Source: Octopus vulgaris
Taxonomy: Eukaryota
DNA length: 64,000 bases
Assembly (NCBI GenBank): GCA_951406725.2
Contig: OX597817.1
Span: 44,702,001-44,766,000 of the forward strand
Direction: 5' to 3'
Shown piece by piece: positions 26,558-44,175 of this stretch. The notes beneath the pieces are model-generated. The model ran no database searches and was not told the origin of the DNA. It saw only the letters and a program-made list of their open reading frames with translations. Made by a program: the position numbers and the translations under genes. Within the stretch, counting starts at the first letter, position 1, and each line of letters starts with the position of its first letter.

Positions 26558-28584
26558 TGGAGATCTTTCTTATTCGACAACCCTGATGTAGCATCTACCA
26601 GTAATGATAAGTACGGCTTCAAATCAAATAAGGCCCCTCCTACCAACAGCCTACTTGAACCGTTTGAAGAAGACCTCTTCCTCATGATAAAAAACATCAA
26701 ATTCAGGAGAGTCAACTTACCTTTCCAAACGGAACTGAATGCGAAGCTTTCGAAAATGAAAAGCTCCCAGAACCTCCATGTCCCTTCGGACAAGACAAAA
26801 AATATTTACGCGGTGACTCCGGATACCTATAATAGACTAGCCGATAACGCCATCACAGCTAAATACAAGAAAGTAGACGACGTAGCGCTAACTGAAACCA
26901 ACTTGGCCGGGAAAGAGATTGCCACCTCCTTAAAATCGACGACCGAACAGAACCCCTGAGGGTGAAGTCCCCACACTTCACCCTGAAAGACCACAAAGAC
27001 CATTTCGAAAATAAACCGTCGGTCCGTTTGATTAACCCAACCAAGTCTGACATCGGATCCGTCAGCAAGAAGATCTTGGACAGGATTTTACCAAAAATGC
27101 GTGAAGCTTCACCCCTTCCACTCTGGAATAGGACCTCCGAGGCAATAACTTGGTTCCGGGATTTACCAGATAAAAGCAACACCCGATTCCTACAACTGGA
27201 TATCGAGGATTACTACGCCTCTATATCGGAGAGCTTGCTGATCGATGCGATTAACTTCGCCAGGAGGTCCTCCACCATCACCGAGGCCGAGCAAGATGTG
27301 ATCCTCCACGCACGTAAGACTTTTCTTTTCTATGACGGATCCCACTGGATCAACAAAAAATCTGTGACCCCCTTCGACGTCAGCATGGGTGCTAACGACT
27401 CTGCTGAAATAAGTGACCTAGTGGGCCTTTTCATCCTCCATAGGCTGAAAACCCTATTCACAGGCCTCTCCGGTGGTCTTTACCGAGATGACGGCCTTTT
27501 CGCCCTCCACAATATAAACCCCAGGACCACGGATGGGTTCCGGAAAAATCTTCACACCTTCTTTAAAAACTTAGGCCTTAGGATTACCCTAGAATCCAAC
27601 TTAACTAAGGCTAACTTCCTAGATGTCACCCTCGACTTAAAAACCTCACTTTATTACCCGTACCACAAACCAAATGAATCCCTTAGATATATAGATATCA
27701 ATTCCAACCACCCCAGAAATATATTAGATAACCTAGTAAAAAGTGTCTCAATTAGAATCTCTAGCCTGTCCGCCACGGAAGATATCTTTAAGGCCGCAGC
27801 CCCCTATTACAACGAGGCCCTGGCCCGCAGTGGTTTTAAAGATAAGATTACCTACACTAGTATAGCCCCACGCCAACCCAGGAAAAATAGACGAAGACAC
27901 ATTAGCTGGTACAACCCCCCCTTCAACCGTGAGGTCGCTACACCTGTAGCTAAGATCTTTTTCACTCTCCTACAGAAACACTTCCCCACCCAACATAAGT
28001 ACTACACTATCCTAAATAAGAACACTATTAGACTCTCCTACTCTACCACGCCCAACCTAGCCAGGAACCTAGCCAACAACAATGTGAAAAAACTTAACAT
28101 ATCTACTTTCTCCGGGGCCCATCCAACGTCCGATAGCAATTGCAACTGCCATGATAAAACCACCTGCCCCCTCAACAACAACTGCCTACAGAGGGACCTA
28201 GTATATAAATGCGAGGTAAGATCAGGCCTTGACGATAAAAGTAAATCCTACATTGGAATGACGTCAAACAGCTTTAAGACCCGCTGGTATGCACATACAC
28301 ACTCGTTCCGGCGACAGGATAAATCCAACCAAACTACCCTCGCCGCCCACATCTGGTACCTTAAAAGGAACTCAATCCCCTTCAAGACCAAGTGGAAACT
28401 ACTACAGAAGGCGCGCTCGTACACAGGAGGACATACCTGCTGTGACCTATGCATATCAGAGAGCCTAGAGATCTTGTTCGCCAAAGGCCCTCTCCTTAAC
28501 AAATTTTCAGAACACTCCCCAAATTGCATGCATAAGAAGTATGCGAACTACAAGAACTATAGACCTACCCGGCAACCTGATTGA
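26558..28584 (+). pseudogene. Penelope-like reverse transcriptase + GIY-YIG endonuclease ORF, 5'-truncated, one frameshift
   Basis: WRSFLF..YGFKS..PP..FEEDL; a 1-nt loss in the A-run 26932-26935 links track ORFs 26684..26959 and 26962..28584; RT motifs LDIEDYYASI, SMGANDSAEISDLVG, LYRDDG, NFLDVTL; CNC..CPL..C; LVY..YIGMT..FKTRW..H; CDLC..E. Confidence 0.93.
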
Positions 28585-28586
28585 TG

Positions 28587-28650
28587 ACAACCCCCCCTAC
28601 AACCCCCCCCCACAACCCCCCCCCCCCTACAACCCCCCCCCCAACCCCAC
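28587..28650 (+). repeat. C-rich degenerate tandem (ACAACCCCCC..) right after the stop codon
   Basis: Four to five units read directly; G-runs on the minus strand. Confidence 0.85.
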
Positions 28651-28841
28651 TGTTCCCCTAGCACCCCCGATTACCTTTTCTCCTAAGACCTTTCACATAT
28701 TATATGTGCACGCTTGTATATGTGTATCGTATGTATGTATGTATATATGTATAGAAATGCATGGGTACAGTAGGAATATACGCATGTATTATGTGTGTGT
28801 GTGTGTATGTATGCATGTAAAAATATATATGTATATATATT

Positions 28842-28892
<51 letters not shown>

Positions 28893-29261
28893 GCTTGTAT
28901 GTGTGTGTGTGTGTATATGTGTATATGTGTTTGTATGTATATGTGTATATATGTATATGCATATGTATGTGTAAATGTATGTGCTTATGTATGTGTATGT
29001 ATGTATAAAATATTATATAATTAGGGCTTAGGAAAATAAAATAAATTACTTTGCCACATACTAAACTTTCTAGAAATAGCAGCCAATAAAGTTTTTTAGC
29101 CTCTTCCACTACTTAGAGAATTTTTTTCCCTCTAACATTGTTTACTCAAAATAATAATGGTCCCTTTACATACTGAACACTTGATGAAATTGATTAATAA
29201 CTAATTAACTTTACCCTCCCTTGTTGATATATATATACATATGTATATGTGTACATGTATG

Positions 29262-29294
<33 letters not shown>

Positions 29295-29553
29295 ATGTGT
29301 GTATGTATGTATTTGTATATGTGTGTGTGTATATGTATGTGTGCGCGTGTGTGTGTATGTATGTGTATGTATACTTGTATATGTATATGCATGAATGTAT
29401 ATATATGTGTGTGTATATGTGTATTATGTATGTATTTATATAGATATGTAGTTTTATATATATATATGTATGTATATGCATCTGTCTGTGTGTGTGTATG
29501 TGTATATATGTGTATCATTTTTGCGTATGTATACATGTATATGTGTATATGTA

Positions 29554-29590
<37 letters not shown>

Positions 29591-29795
29591 GTGTATATAT
29601 ATGTATATATATATATATGCATACGTATGTGTATGTACATGTATATATGTATGTGTGTATATGTATATATGTTTATATATGTGAGTATGTAGTGATATAA
29701 GTATATGCATGTGTATGTATGGGTATGTGTATCAGTGTATATGTATATATGTATGTGTGTGTGTATGTATATGTATGTATATGTGTATATATGTA

Positions 29796-29832
<37 letters not shown>

Positions 29833-29895
29833 GTGTATATGTGTGTATGTATGTGTATGTGTATGTATGTGTATATATATCTATATATGTATATA

Positions 29896-29933
<38 letters not shown>

Positions 29934-30213
29934 TGCGTGTGTGTATGTATGCATATATGTATGTATGCATGTATATGTGTATGTATATATATGTGTGTAA
30001 GTGTGTGCATATATGTATTTGTAAGTATGTGTGCGCGTATGAGTATGTATGTATGCTTGCACACGTGTATATATATGTGTGTGTGTGTATATATATGGAT
30101 GCGCGTGCGTGTGTGCACGTGTATGGGTACGCATGTATATGTGTATGTGCGTGTATGCGTATACGTGTATGTATGTATGTGTGTGCGTAGATTTGTATAT
30201 GTATGTGTGAGTG

Positions 30214-30245
<32 letters not shown>

Positions 30246-30419
30246 TATAGATGGGTGTGTGTATGCGTATAAATGCATGTAAGTATGGATGTATGGATGT
30301 ATGTATGTATGTATACGTATGTATGTGTGTATGTGTGTATGTATATATATATGTGTGTATATATGTTTGTGTATGTATATATATGTGTATGTATGTGTGT
30401 GTATATGTATGTGTGTATG

Positions 30420-30472
<53 letters not shown>

Positions 30473-30473
30473 T

Positions 30474-33543
<3,070 letters not shown>

Positions 33544-33557
33544 TATATATATATATA

Positions 33558-33970
33558 GGCGCAGGAGTGGCTGTGTGGTAAGTAGCTTGCTAACCAGCCA
33601 CATGGTTCCGGGTTCAGTCCCACTGCGTGGCATCTTGGGCAAGTGTCTTCTGCTATAGCCCCGGGCCGACCAATGCCTGGTGAGTGGATTTGGTAGACGG
33701 AAACTGAAAGAAGCTCGTCGTATATATGTATATATATATATGTGTGTGTGCGTGTATGTTTGTGTGTCTGTGTTTGTCCCCCTAGCATTGCTTGACAACC
33801 GATTCTGGTGTGTTTACGTCCCCGTTACTTAGCGGTTCGGCAAAAGAGACCGATAGAATAAGTACTGGGCTTACAAAAGAATAAGTCCCGGGATCGAGTT
33901 GCTCGATTAAAGGCGGTGCTCCAGCATGGCCGCAGTCAAATGACTGAAATAAGTAAACGAGTAAAAGAGT
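33558..33970 (+). mobile_element. tRNA-derived SINE family C (CORE-like) with internal (TA)/(TG) microsatellite
   Basis: A-box TGGCTGTGTGG, B-box GGTTCAGTCC, CORE-like CTTGGGCAAGT; tail GGTGCTCCAGCATGGCCGCAGTC..GTAAAAGA. Confidence 0.88.
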
Positions 33971-34256
33971 ATATACATATATGTGTGTGTATTTATATAG
34001 ATGCGAAGACGCACATATACACGTACATATATTTGACAAAAAGTTTATTGATAACGTCACGAGATAAAAATAAAAGGCACTATCTTCTACATTTTGGAAA
34101 CGTCAAGAATGAAAAATAGCGCTTATACGAAATATTCTTCCATTATGTCTATGACAACCAGCTTCTATGAATATTTTTGTGTTACATCATATTTATACCG
34201 CGTTAAGCATAATGTTTCAGATAACCGGCTACATAACACAAGCATACTCACGTGTG

Positions 34257-34362
<106 letters not shown>

Positions 34363-34419
34363 ACTGTCTATGCCTCTGTCTGTCTGCCTGTATTTGTCTC
34401 TGTCTACGTCTACGTGAGT

Positions 34420-34464
<45 letters not shown>

Positions 34465-34476
34465 TTTGCAAGACAT

Positions 34477-34523
<47 letters not shown>

Positions 34524-34624
34524 GCATATGTGTGTGTATATATATATATATGTATATGTGTATGTGTGTGTATATGCTTGTATATATATATATATATGTA
34601 TATATATACACATATATATATATT

Positions 34625-34934
34625 CTTTTATTTTTCTATTGTTTGTTTCAGTCATTGGACTACAGTCATGGTGGAACACCGCGTTTGGTCGAACAAATTA
34701 ACCCCGGACTTATTCTTTTAAGCCTATGTCCAGGTGCCAGTGGTACGTGTGAGTATGAGCTATGTTTGTGTGAAGCTTTGCGGTAACTTATATTAAAATT
34801 ATTCGACCGGTGTCTTTTGTCGAACCGCTATTCGGTTGTCAAGCGATGTTGAAGTGGACACAAACACAATCACACAAATTATACACACACATGCATACAT
34901 ACATACATACATACATACATACATACATACATGC

Positions 34935-34967
<33 letters not shown>

Positions 34968-35139
34968 CATATAGATACGACAGGCTTGTTTTTGTTTCCG
35001 TCTACCAAATCCACTCACAAGTCTTTGGTCGGCCCGAGGCTATAGTAGTAGACACTTGCCCAAGGTGTCACACAGTGGGACTGAACCCGGAGTCATGCTA
35101 TTGGCAACTAGCTACTTACTACACAGCCACTCCTGCGCC
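34625..35139 (-). mobile_element. SINE family C (diverged, ~80-bp interruption near 34722-34800)
   Basis: Reverse complement of the family C head and tail. Confidence 0.8.
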
Positions 35140-35169
35140 TATAATACACACACACACACACACATATGA

Positions 35170-35228
<59 letters not shown>

Positions 35229-35531
35229 TATATAAACATTTGTACATATGCATATATACATACGTACATACCTACCTACTTTCATAGATATAAACACACG
35301 TGTGCCTGAGCGAATGTGTACGCTTATTATGTGTATAAATTTATCAAAAGGAGAAGAGAACTTGGTATATGATTATACATGTTGTAGTTTGCTATTGTTT
35401 CGGTATCTATCCGGTTGTATGAAATGTTTTTGTGGTTATTCAAAATATTAGTTACCGCAAAGATTCACACAAACATAGCTCATACATACACACTTACCAC
35501 TCGCACATGAACATGTTCATACACACACACA

Positions 35532-35580
<49 letters not shown>

Positions 35581-36349
35581 CCTCTCTCTTACACACACGC
35601 TTATATAGATATATTGATTGTCTTTGTACGAAGGAAAGCTTAATATTTGTTCAAAATCATCTAAAAACATCTAATTCTTTGGAAACATTGATTTCACTAT
35701 ATTGAAATATTAATAAATACCTTCACATGAACAGTTACTAGTTTGTGGTTTAACTACTAGATGGAAGCGTCTTTCAATATATTTAATTACAGGCAATTGT
35801 ATCGTGTTTGGACGGTAAATCAATTTAATTAGAAACTGAAACACTATAAACTTTACATATATACATATATTTATATATACACATATGTATATGTATTTAT
35901 ACAAAGACTTTGATGTCCAAAACCGTCTAGTATGAATGACCATTAAATGGTCGTATCTGTATAAGATGCATTTTAACGTTGGGAAACATTTGTCTACTCA
36001 TAAAACACAATAGTAGCTGTTTTGTTAGATGTTGTATCTGGAAAGCAGCTTCAGCAATATATTTAGATAGAGGTGAAACCTTGCTCAAACCCAACTGGAA
36101 ATCTCTTTGAACGAACTCAAAGCACAATGGGCTTAGGATATGTATTTCATTTTCCCTGGCACAAAATTATTTTGGCAACCTCAGATTTTGCCTGAATTAT
36201 CTTCTTGTGAAATAAACCATTTCATCAATTTTGTAACATCTCTAATAGAAAATAAGTGACACCAGAAGAAAAGCATGTAAATCTGACCGCTTATGCAAAT
36301 ATGATCGCATGTGTAAATTTGACCGTTTGTCATGTTGTACAGAAGAGTT

Positions 36350-36545
36350 AAGGCGGTGAGCTGGCACAGCGGTATTTCGCTCGTCGCTACGTTCTCAGTT
36401 CAAATTCCGTCGAGGTCGACCTTGCCTTTCTTCCCTTCGGGGTCAATAAATTAAGTACCGGTGAAACACTGGAATAGATGCAATCAAATAGTCCCCTCCC
36501 TCCAAATTTCAGGCTTTGTACCTTTAGTAAAAAGATTTATTATCA
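36350..36545 (+). mobile_element. SINE family B monomer, tail type 2, deletion in head
   Basis: AGGCGGTGAGCTGGCA..GGTATTTCG..GAGGTCGACCTTGCC..CCCCTCCCTCCAAATTTCAGGC. Confidence 0.8.
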
Positions 36546-37169
36546 GTTATAGAATTTTCCTTTGCTGATGACTACGTGTTTGGATAGGTTTATAATTTCT
36601 AAAGTGGTTATACCGGCAGTTATATTTCATACAAATAAGTATTTTCTTTATCCTACTGGAATAGTCAATAACTGCGTGTGAGAGGAATTCATTACTGCAC
36701 TTAAGAATATGAGACAATGTACTGCTATCTGATGTCATTCTGATATTCATATTTAACTTATTCCCCATCAGATTGTAAAATAACTGAATGCATATTGCAT
36801 TTAACTACCCGATCATGGCTTCAAATTCATTGTAAATGTTTTGTTGTAGTTCTTGAGAAGGGCCTTTAATCCGTGCCATACATCAATCTATGTAGGATAT
36901 CTGATACTATGTTCTGGCTGTGATGCATCTAGTTTCTGTCTGTATGATATATTTATATGTTACCTTGTTAATAATCGACGAAAAGTCGGAGTTAGTATAC
37001 GGCATATATCTTCGTTTTAGTTAGTCATTTGTTAGATTAGCACTATGTTGCATATTTGTAAAATGGGAGAATACTTATGCGATTGACTTAAGGAAAGGTA
37101 GCCTAAATCTGTTCAAAAATGGTATGCTTTGTTTCCAAAACCGTTCAGTGTCGATGGAACAATATAGGA

Positions 37170-37700
37170 TATATAAGTTACTAGAAACTTAATGTGTACC
37201 ACTCTACGGTCATCAGAAGGGTTTCACAAAACCATCATTTCTTCTCTTATACATTTGTTCTTTATCGAAGTTTTTCTTATCAGAGAATAACTAAATTATG
37301 CAATGTCTGTGTGGGGCTTCAAGGTTTTTAAGCAACTTCTTTGTACGGGTCAAGCAATTTTCATATATTTTTGAAGACACCATCTGGAATGTTCTCGTGT
37401 ACCACATTTCTAACAGTCCACACCGACACTTGGAGTACTTTAGTGATGGCCATCATTATTTTCTGGGATCGTGATCGGGAATGTTTTGAAGCCATGTGTT
37501 TAAAATCATTTTCTGTCTCTGATACATTTGAACTATTTCTTCACATTTCCAATTTAAACCCAATTTTTTTTATAAAGCTTATCCTAACATTTAGACAGTT
37601 GGCAATGTTTAAATTGGTACGTTCGTCGCTTATAGGAACAATGACCATCTGTCATTTCATTTCTTATTTCTCTGTCATAGAGGATCTCAAAGAAATGGTT
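37170..37700 (-). pseudogene. Decayed Tc1/mariner (maT-like) transposase, N-terminal half
   Basis: Minus-strand readings MAITKVLQVSVWTVRNVVHENI (HTH-like), ENCLTRTKKLLKNL and LFSDKKNFDKEQMYKRRND (first catalytic FSDEK motif), across frameshifts. Confidence 0.7.
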
Positions 37701-37952
37701 TAAAGAGAATAATAAACATATAATGAAGTGTCCTCAAATATCTCTCGCATACTATAAGAAAAATAAAGAAGAGTGAAAAAGAAAATATAATTAGATGTTC
37801 AAAAGAGGGTTTTCTTTGTTTTAATAATTAAGCTAATACAACATTCGTTAAAACTGGTCCCACATCTTCTATACTTTTTAATTTTGTGCTTTCATCTTAT
37901 ATATATATATATATATAATACTATTAATAGTCATATTAAAAATAATAATAAT

Positions 37953-38016
<64 letters not shown>

Positions 38017-38038
38017 TGCTTTCATCATATATATATAT

Positions 38039-38333
38039 ATGTCTGTGTGGGGCTTCAAGGTTTTTAAGCAACTTCTTTGTACGGGTCAAATAATTTTCAT
38101 ATATTTTTGAAGACACCATCTGGAATGTTCTCGTGTACCACATTTCTAACAGTCCACACCGACACTTGGAGTACTTTAGTGATGGCCATCATTATTTTCT
38201 GGGATCGTGATCGGGAATGTTTTGAAGCCTTTGGATGAATTGCGGTGTGTTTAAAATCATTTTCTGTCTCTGATACATTTGAACTATTTCTTCTCATTTC
38301 CAATTTAAACCCAATTTTTTTTATAAAGCTTAT
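38039..38333 (+). repeat. ~290-bp direct duplicate of 37303-37582
   Basis: Nearly identical; this copy retains TTGGATGAATTGCGG, which is absent from the first; flanked by (TA)n and a C-run/AT-rich tract. Confidence 0.92.
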
Positions 38334-38775
38334 TCCCCCCACCCCAAAAAAATAATAATAAAAATAAAGATAAATAAATAAATAAATAAATTAATTAATC
38401 AATTAATTAATTAATCAATTAATTAATAAATAAAATAATATATAAATATAAAAAATATACATATATACATATATATATATTTGTATATATACATATAAAA
38501 TTGATAGGTTTAAATTATTTAAATAATTTTTAATTTTTAATTTTTATATTTTAAATTAATTTTATGTATTGGCTTATGTTTTACACTGTTTGATTTGCCT
38601 AATAGTGGTTTTATCTCTAATTTAATATAATATAATATAATATATTTATACTATAAATTTGGATTTAATCCTAAAGCTCATTTTCCTGTAAGTTTGGATT
38701 TATTCCCTAATATTATTATATATATATATATATATATAATATATACTATTAATAATCATATTAAAAATAATATTA

Positions 38776-38996
<221 letters not shown>

Positions 38997-40163
38997 CTTG
39001 GATGTTAAAACTTGTCTCAAAACATGAAAACAAGAAAGCATCATACTCAGTAACAAAACAGGCAAAGGAATATCTAAGTGAATTCCGAATACAAAAAATT
39101 TCGGAATTAGAGATAGACATACAAGAAACAAGCACAGAAAAAGCTAGGCGCATGAAAACCCGTGCCAAAACTGCGGCCTTAGATATTCTGAAAAATAAAT
39201 GGCAAGAAAACCTCTCTATGGCAAATACCCAAAGAGAGCGAATAATGCAGATATTGACAAAGCCCTGACTCATCACTGGCTAATGGCCTCTGGCTTAAAA
39301 TCTGAAACAGAAGGGTTTATCATAGCAGCTCAAGATCAATGCCTACCAACAAGAAACTACCAGGCCAACATATTAAAGAACGGCAGTAGCCCAACATGTC
39401 GTGTATGTCGACAACAAAATGAAACCATTGATCATGTTGTCTCCAAATGCAGTCTTCTAGCGCCTACAGAGTACCTCAACAGGCATGATAGAGCTGCACC
39501 ATATATTCACTGGGTAATTTGCAAAAACCTGGATTTGCCCCTTGAAAAAAACTGGTGGGAACACAATCCACCTCCAGTGCTTGAAAATGACCACATCTCA
39601 CTCCTCTGGAACTTCACCATTCAAACTGACAGAAAGATAGATGCAAACAGGCCAGACATCATATTGAAAGACTTCAGACAAAGAACATGCCTCCTCATTG
39701 ATATGACTGTCCCAATCGATATAAACGTATCTGTCAAGACCTACCAAAAACTGAGCAAATATAAAGATCTTGAAATAGAAATCAGCAAACTGTGGAACCT
39801 GAAGACTAAAACAATACCTGTTGTCATAGGTGCCCTGAGAATGATAGCGAAAGGGGCTGATTGCTACCTAACTCAGATACCAGGAAACCCCAAAATGGCA
39901 GAAATTCAAAAGATAGTGCTCATGGGAACTGCTCATATCCTACGCAAAATACTCTCTATGTAATCCCAAGGTTTAAAACACTTTTATTTTCTTTTTTTAA
40001 AATTTATTTATCAGACATTCACTAGTACAACACCAAAAAACCCCCCAAATATATGGCACACTAGGCATAACAACAACGGGAACTTCCAACCTGTTGTCTC
40101 TTGAGGTCTCTGGGTGAGACTTGGAGCCAACTTATACAGACATAAAGCAAAAGTCAAACATAG
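38997..40163 (+). mobile_element. 5'-truncated R4/Dong-like REL LINE (frameshift near 39195-39220, stop 39963)
   Basis: LKSETEGFIIAAQDQ, CRVC..ETIDHVVSKC zinc knuckle, RHD, NRPDI..LIDM, KLSKYKDL; inserted in (AAT)n. Confidence 0.92.
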
Positions 40164-40181
40164 AATAATAATAATAATAAC

Positions 40182-40216
<35 letters not shown>

Positions 40217-40229
40217 GCACATATGGTTA

Positions 40230-40363
40230 ACCATGTCGCGCACATATGGTTGTGATGCATGTGCCTGGTGTACCTTTATCGGACGGGTAGTCATGATGGG
40301 TATATTGGGCTTCGTATATTTTACCCCAGTGTCACTTTGATGGCATGAACTGCTCTCTCACTC
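40230..40363 (+). mobile_element. Family D, short 3' copy
   Basis: Matches the last ~135 bp of 20926-21401; 13-bp internal duplicate at 40216-40228. Confidence 0.85.
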
Positions 40364-40399
<36 letters not shown>

Positions 40400-40586
40400 T
40401 CTATGTAATCTCAAGTTTTAAAACAAACAAACAATTTTCGTATGGTTTTTTAGGCATTCACTAGTACAACACCAAATATATGGCACCCTAGGCTTAACAC
40501 CAACACGAACTTCCAATTTATTGTCTCTTGAGGTCTCTGGGTGAGACTTGGAGCCAGCTTGTGCAAATGAAAAGCAAAAGTCAAAC

Positions 40587-40589
<3 letters not shown>
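40400..40589 (+). mobile_element. 3'UTR-only copy of the R4/Dong-like family at 38997
   Basis: Aligns with 39955-40163. Confidence 0.88.
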
Positions 40590-40659
<70 letters not shown>

Positions 40660-40662
<3 letters not shown>

Positions 40663-41580
40663 TGAAATCCAAACTAAAAATAGAACAGCAACGAACCATG
40701 ATAAAACGATGGCAAGAAAAGCCCCTTCATGGTAAATACTGGACTAAACTAAACGCAAAAGAAATAGACAAAGAAAAATCCCAGCAATGGTTGAGAAGCT
40801 CAGGACTCAAAGCAGAGACAGAGGGATTTTTAATTGCAGCACAAGACCAAAGCCTCCCCACCAGAAATTACCAAAAACATGTAATGAAAAGAAATATTAC
40901 AAGTAACTGCAGAATATGTGGAGATGGACAAGAAACAATAAATCATATTATCTCTAGCTGCCCAGTCCTGGCTAAGAAGGAATATATTCACAGACACGAC
41001 AGAGTTGGAACTTACATACATTGGAAGCTATGCCAACATTATGGAATAACAACAGAAAAAAGATGGTATAGGCACACACCAGAAAAGGTCACAGAAAACG
41101 AGAAAGCAACCATACTCTGGGATATGCCGATACACACAGATAGAGAAATTAAGGCCAACAGACCAGATATAGTTGTCAGAGACCATGAACAAAAAAAATG
41201 CTTTCTAATTGATGTATCAGTACCGGCAGATGACAACGTGTCTCTAAAAGAAATGGAGAAACTCTCAAAATATAAAGACCTGGAAATAGAGGTAACTAGA
41301 ATGTGGAATCTGAAAACAGAAACAATTCCTATCATAGTAGGTGCATAGGCATGATAAAAAAATATTCAGACAAATACATAACAAAAACACCAGGACTTAC
41401 AAACACATATAACATACAGAAAATTGCACTACTAGGCACTGCACACATCCTACGCAGAACACTTTCCATACAATAACCATCAGAGCATCACAACAAATCA
41501 CAGCACATACCCAAGGCACACAGAGCTGCGCTCGGTAGTGAAGTGAAAGCACGCTATAAAAATAAAAATAAAACTACTGA
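40660..41580 (+). mobile_element. 5'-truncated R4/Dong-like REL LINE, second family
   Basis: WQEKPLHGKY, LKAETEGFLIAAQDQ, CRIC..ETINHIISSC, RHD, NRPDI; 1-nt loss near 41346 then LGTAHILRRTLSIQ*; (AAT)n on both sides. Confidence 0.92.
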
Positions 41581-41981
41581 ATAATAATAATAATGATAAT
41601 AATAATGATAATAATAAAAATAATATATGTTACATAGACAAGGTTAAAGTCGATTCTGTGTAATCTTGAAGGTCATTTGCTTTTTCCAGTAATCCAATTA
41701 CGTATGTAGGTGTTATATTTGTGCGAGGTAAGTATAAGAGTTAAAAATACTGGAAAATATTTTCTGCAGTGTAAGAATATCAAAACAGAGGATTATGAAT
41801 AATTACGTATTTCGTTTGCTAATAAGTGTTACAACATTTTACATGTACTAGAAAACTTGTACGGTATCTTCTATAAAATATTCTTCTTATTCTTCGGAGA
41901 GAAGGAGAGACAGAGAGTGAGAGAGAGAGAAAGAGAGAGAAAGAGAGAGAGAGGGGTAGAGTGTGTATGTGTGTGTGCAGT

Positions 41982-42248
41982 TGTAAGATCGAAGGATCTG
42001 GTTGTAGGAAGTTAGTAAGCTTCGAGCAGTCCATGGTAGGTATAAAAAAATAACAACTTTCAGGAACAAAAAATAGTTTATTGACGTAGAAGTGTGTACC
42101 CTTAACTAACCTAGCGGTACAGCTACACGCACCACCTAAATAGGCAATGAGAGACACGAGAGCTAGTATAAGTGACATATCTCGGGCGACTCCTTCACCG
42201 CCCCCCAAAATACTAATCCTAAAACTCCGATGAATAATAGTCTTAACA
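41982..42248 (-). mobile_element. Possible solo LTR
   Basis: Termini TGTAAGA...TCTTAACA, minus-strand AATAAA near 42077-42082; TSD poor (GCAGT/TCAGG). Confidence 0.3.
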
Positions 42249-42425
42249 TCAGGTTAACCCCAAATAATTATAACCCCACAAACTCCACTTTAGCACCTTA
42301 TAAAATATTATGCAACTGCCGACACCCAACCTCGTGTCCTTTAGAAAGTTAGCCTTTAGAAAGGCTAACAACATTTTAATTACGAATTTATAGGAAAAAT
42401 TGATTTCATTCATATAATTAGTATA

Positions 42426-42787
42426 CAGGAGTGGCTGTGTGATAAGTAGCTTGCTTACTAACCACATGGTTCCGGGTTCAGTGCCACTGCATGGCACCTT
42501 GGGCAAGTGTCTTCTACTATAACCTCGGGCCGAACAAAGCCTTGCGAGTGGATTTGGTAGACGGAAACTGAACGAATTCCGTCGTATATATGTATATATA
42601 TATGTGTGTTTGTGTGTCTGAGTTTGTCTTCGCAACATCGCTTGACAATTAATGCTGGTGTGTTTACGTCCCCGTAACTTAGCGGTTCGGCAAAAGAAAT
42701 CGATAGAATAAGTCCTGGGGTCGATTTGCTCCAGCATGGCCGCAGTCAAATAACTGAAACAAGTAAAAGAGTAAGGAATAAAAGAGT
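42426..42787 (+). mobile_element. SINE family C
   Basis: Colinear with 33558-33970, with small deletions. Confidence 0.88.
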
Positions 42788-42927
42788 AATAATCCAAATT
42801 TGAAAACTATTTGAACAAAATTGTAGACAGTGGCGATAACTACAAAGATCCGAATAATTTTAAATGTAATACTATAAAAATCTGAATAAATAATGAAAGG
42901 ACATAAGAAGCTGTAACACGAGATACA

Positions 42928-43160
42928 TATTTCTTTATTTCACACAAGGGGCTAAAAACAGAGAGGACAAACAAGGACAGATAGACGGATTAAGTCGATT
43001 ATATAGACCCCAGTGCGTAACTGGTAATTAATTTATCGACCCCGAAAGGATGAAAGGCAAAGTCGACCTCGGCGGAATTTGAACTCAGAACGTAACGGCA
43101 GACAAAATACGGCTACGCATTTCGCCCGGTGTGCTAACGTTTCTGTCAGCTCGCCGCCTT
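42928..43160 (-). mobile_element. SINE family B monomer with 14-bp TSD
   Basis: TAACACGAGATACA at 42914-42927 and 43161-43174. Confidence 0.92.
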
Positions 43161-43384
43161 TAACACGAGATACAGTTACATTTTAAACAGCGCAAGAGCC
43201 CTAAAATTACTAAAGCAAGAATTCGGGATGCAACTCATTGGATCAAGGACGAATTTCAAACCGAACGAAAACAGGAATCTACACACAGCTGAATAGACCT
43301 CAAAACAATAAGAATTTTAATTTAAACCGACAGAGACATTCTGTCATTAGCTAACAGCTGCTCTATTGTAAATCATTATCTCAG

Positions 43385-44175
<791 letters not shown>

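Noticed and set aside
26928-26961. Programmed -1 frameshift or UGA readthrough in the PLE ORF
   Set aside because: No canonical slippery heptamer, and the TGA is out of the conserved frame; a 1-nt homopolymer loss is simpler.
28582-28700. Selenocysteine recoding (TGA TGA) and SECIS, as in some Naiads
   Set aside because: The TGAs follow the last conserved motif, the conserved cysteines are TGY, and no SECIS hairpin is visible by eye.
35930-36960. Possible decayed coding sequence
   Set aside because: Short ORFs only, no recognisable family.
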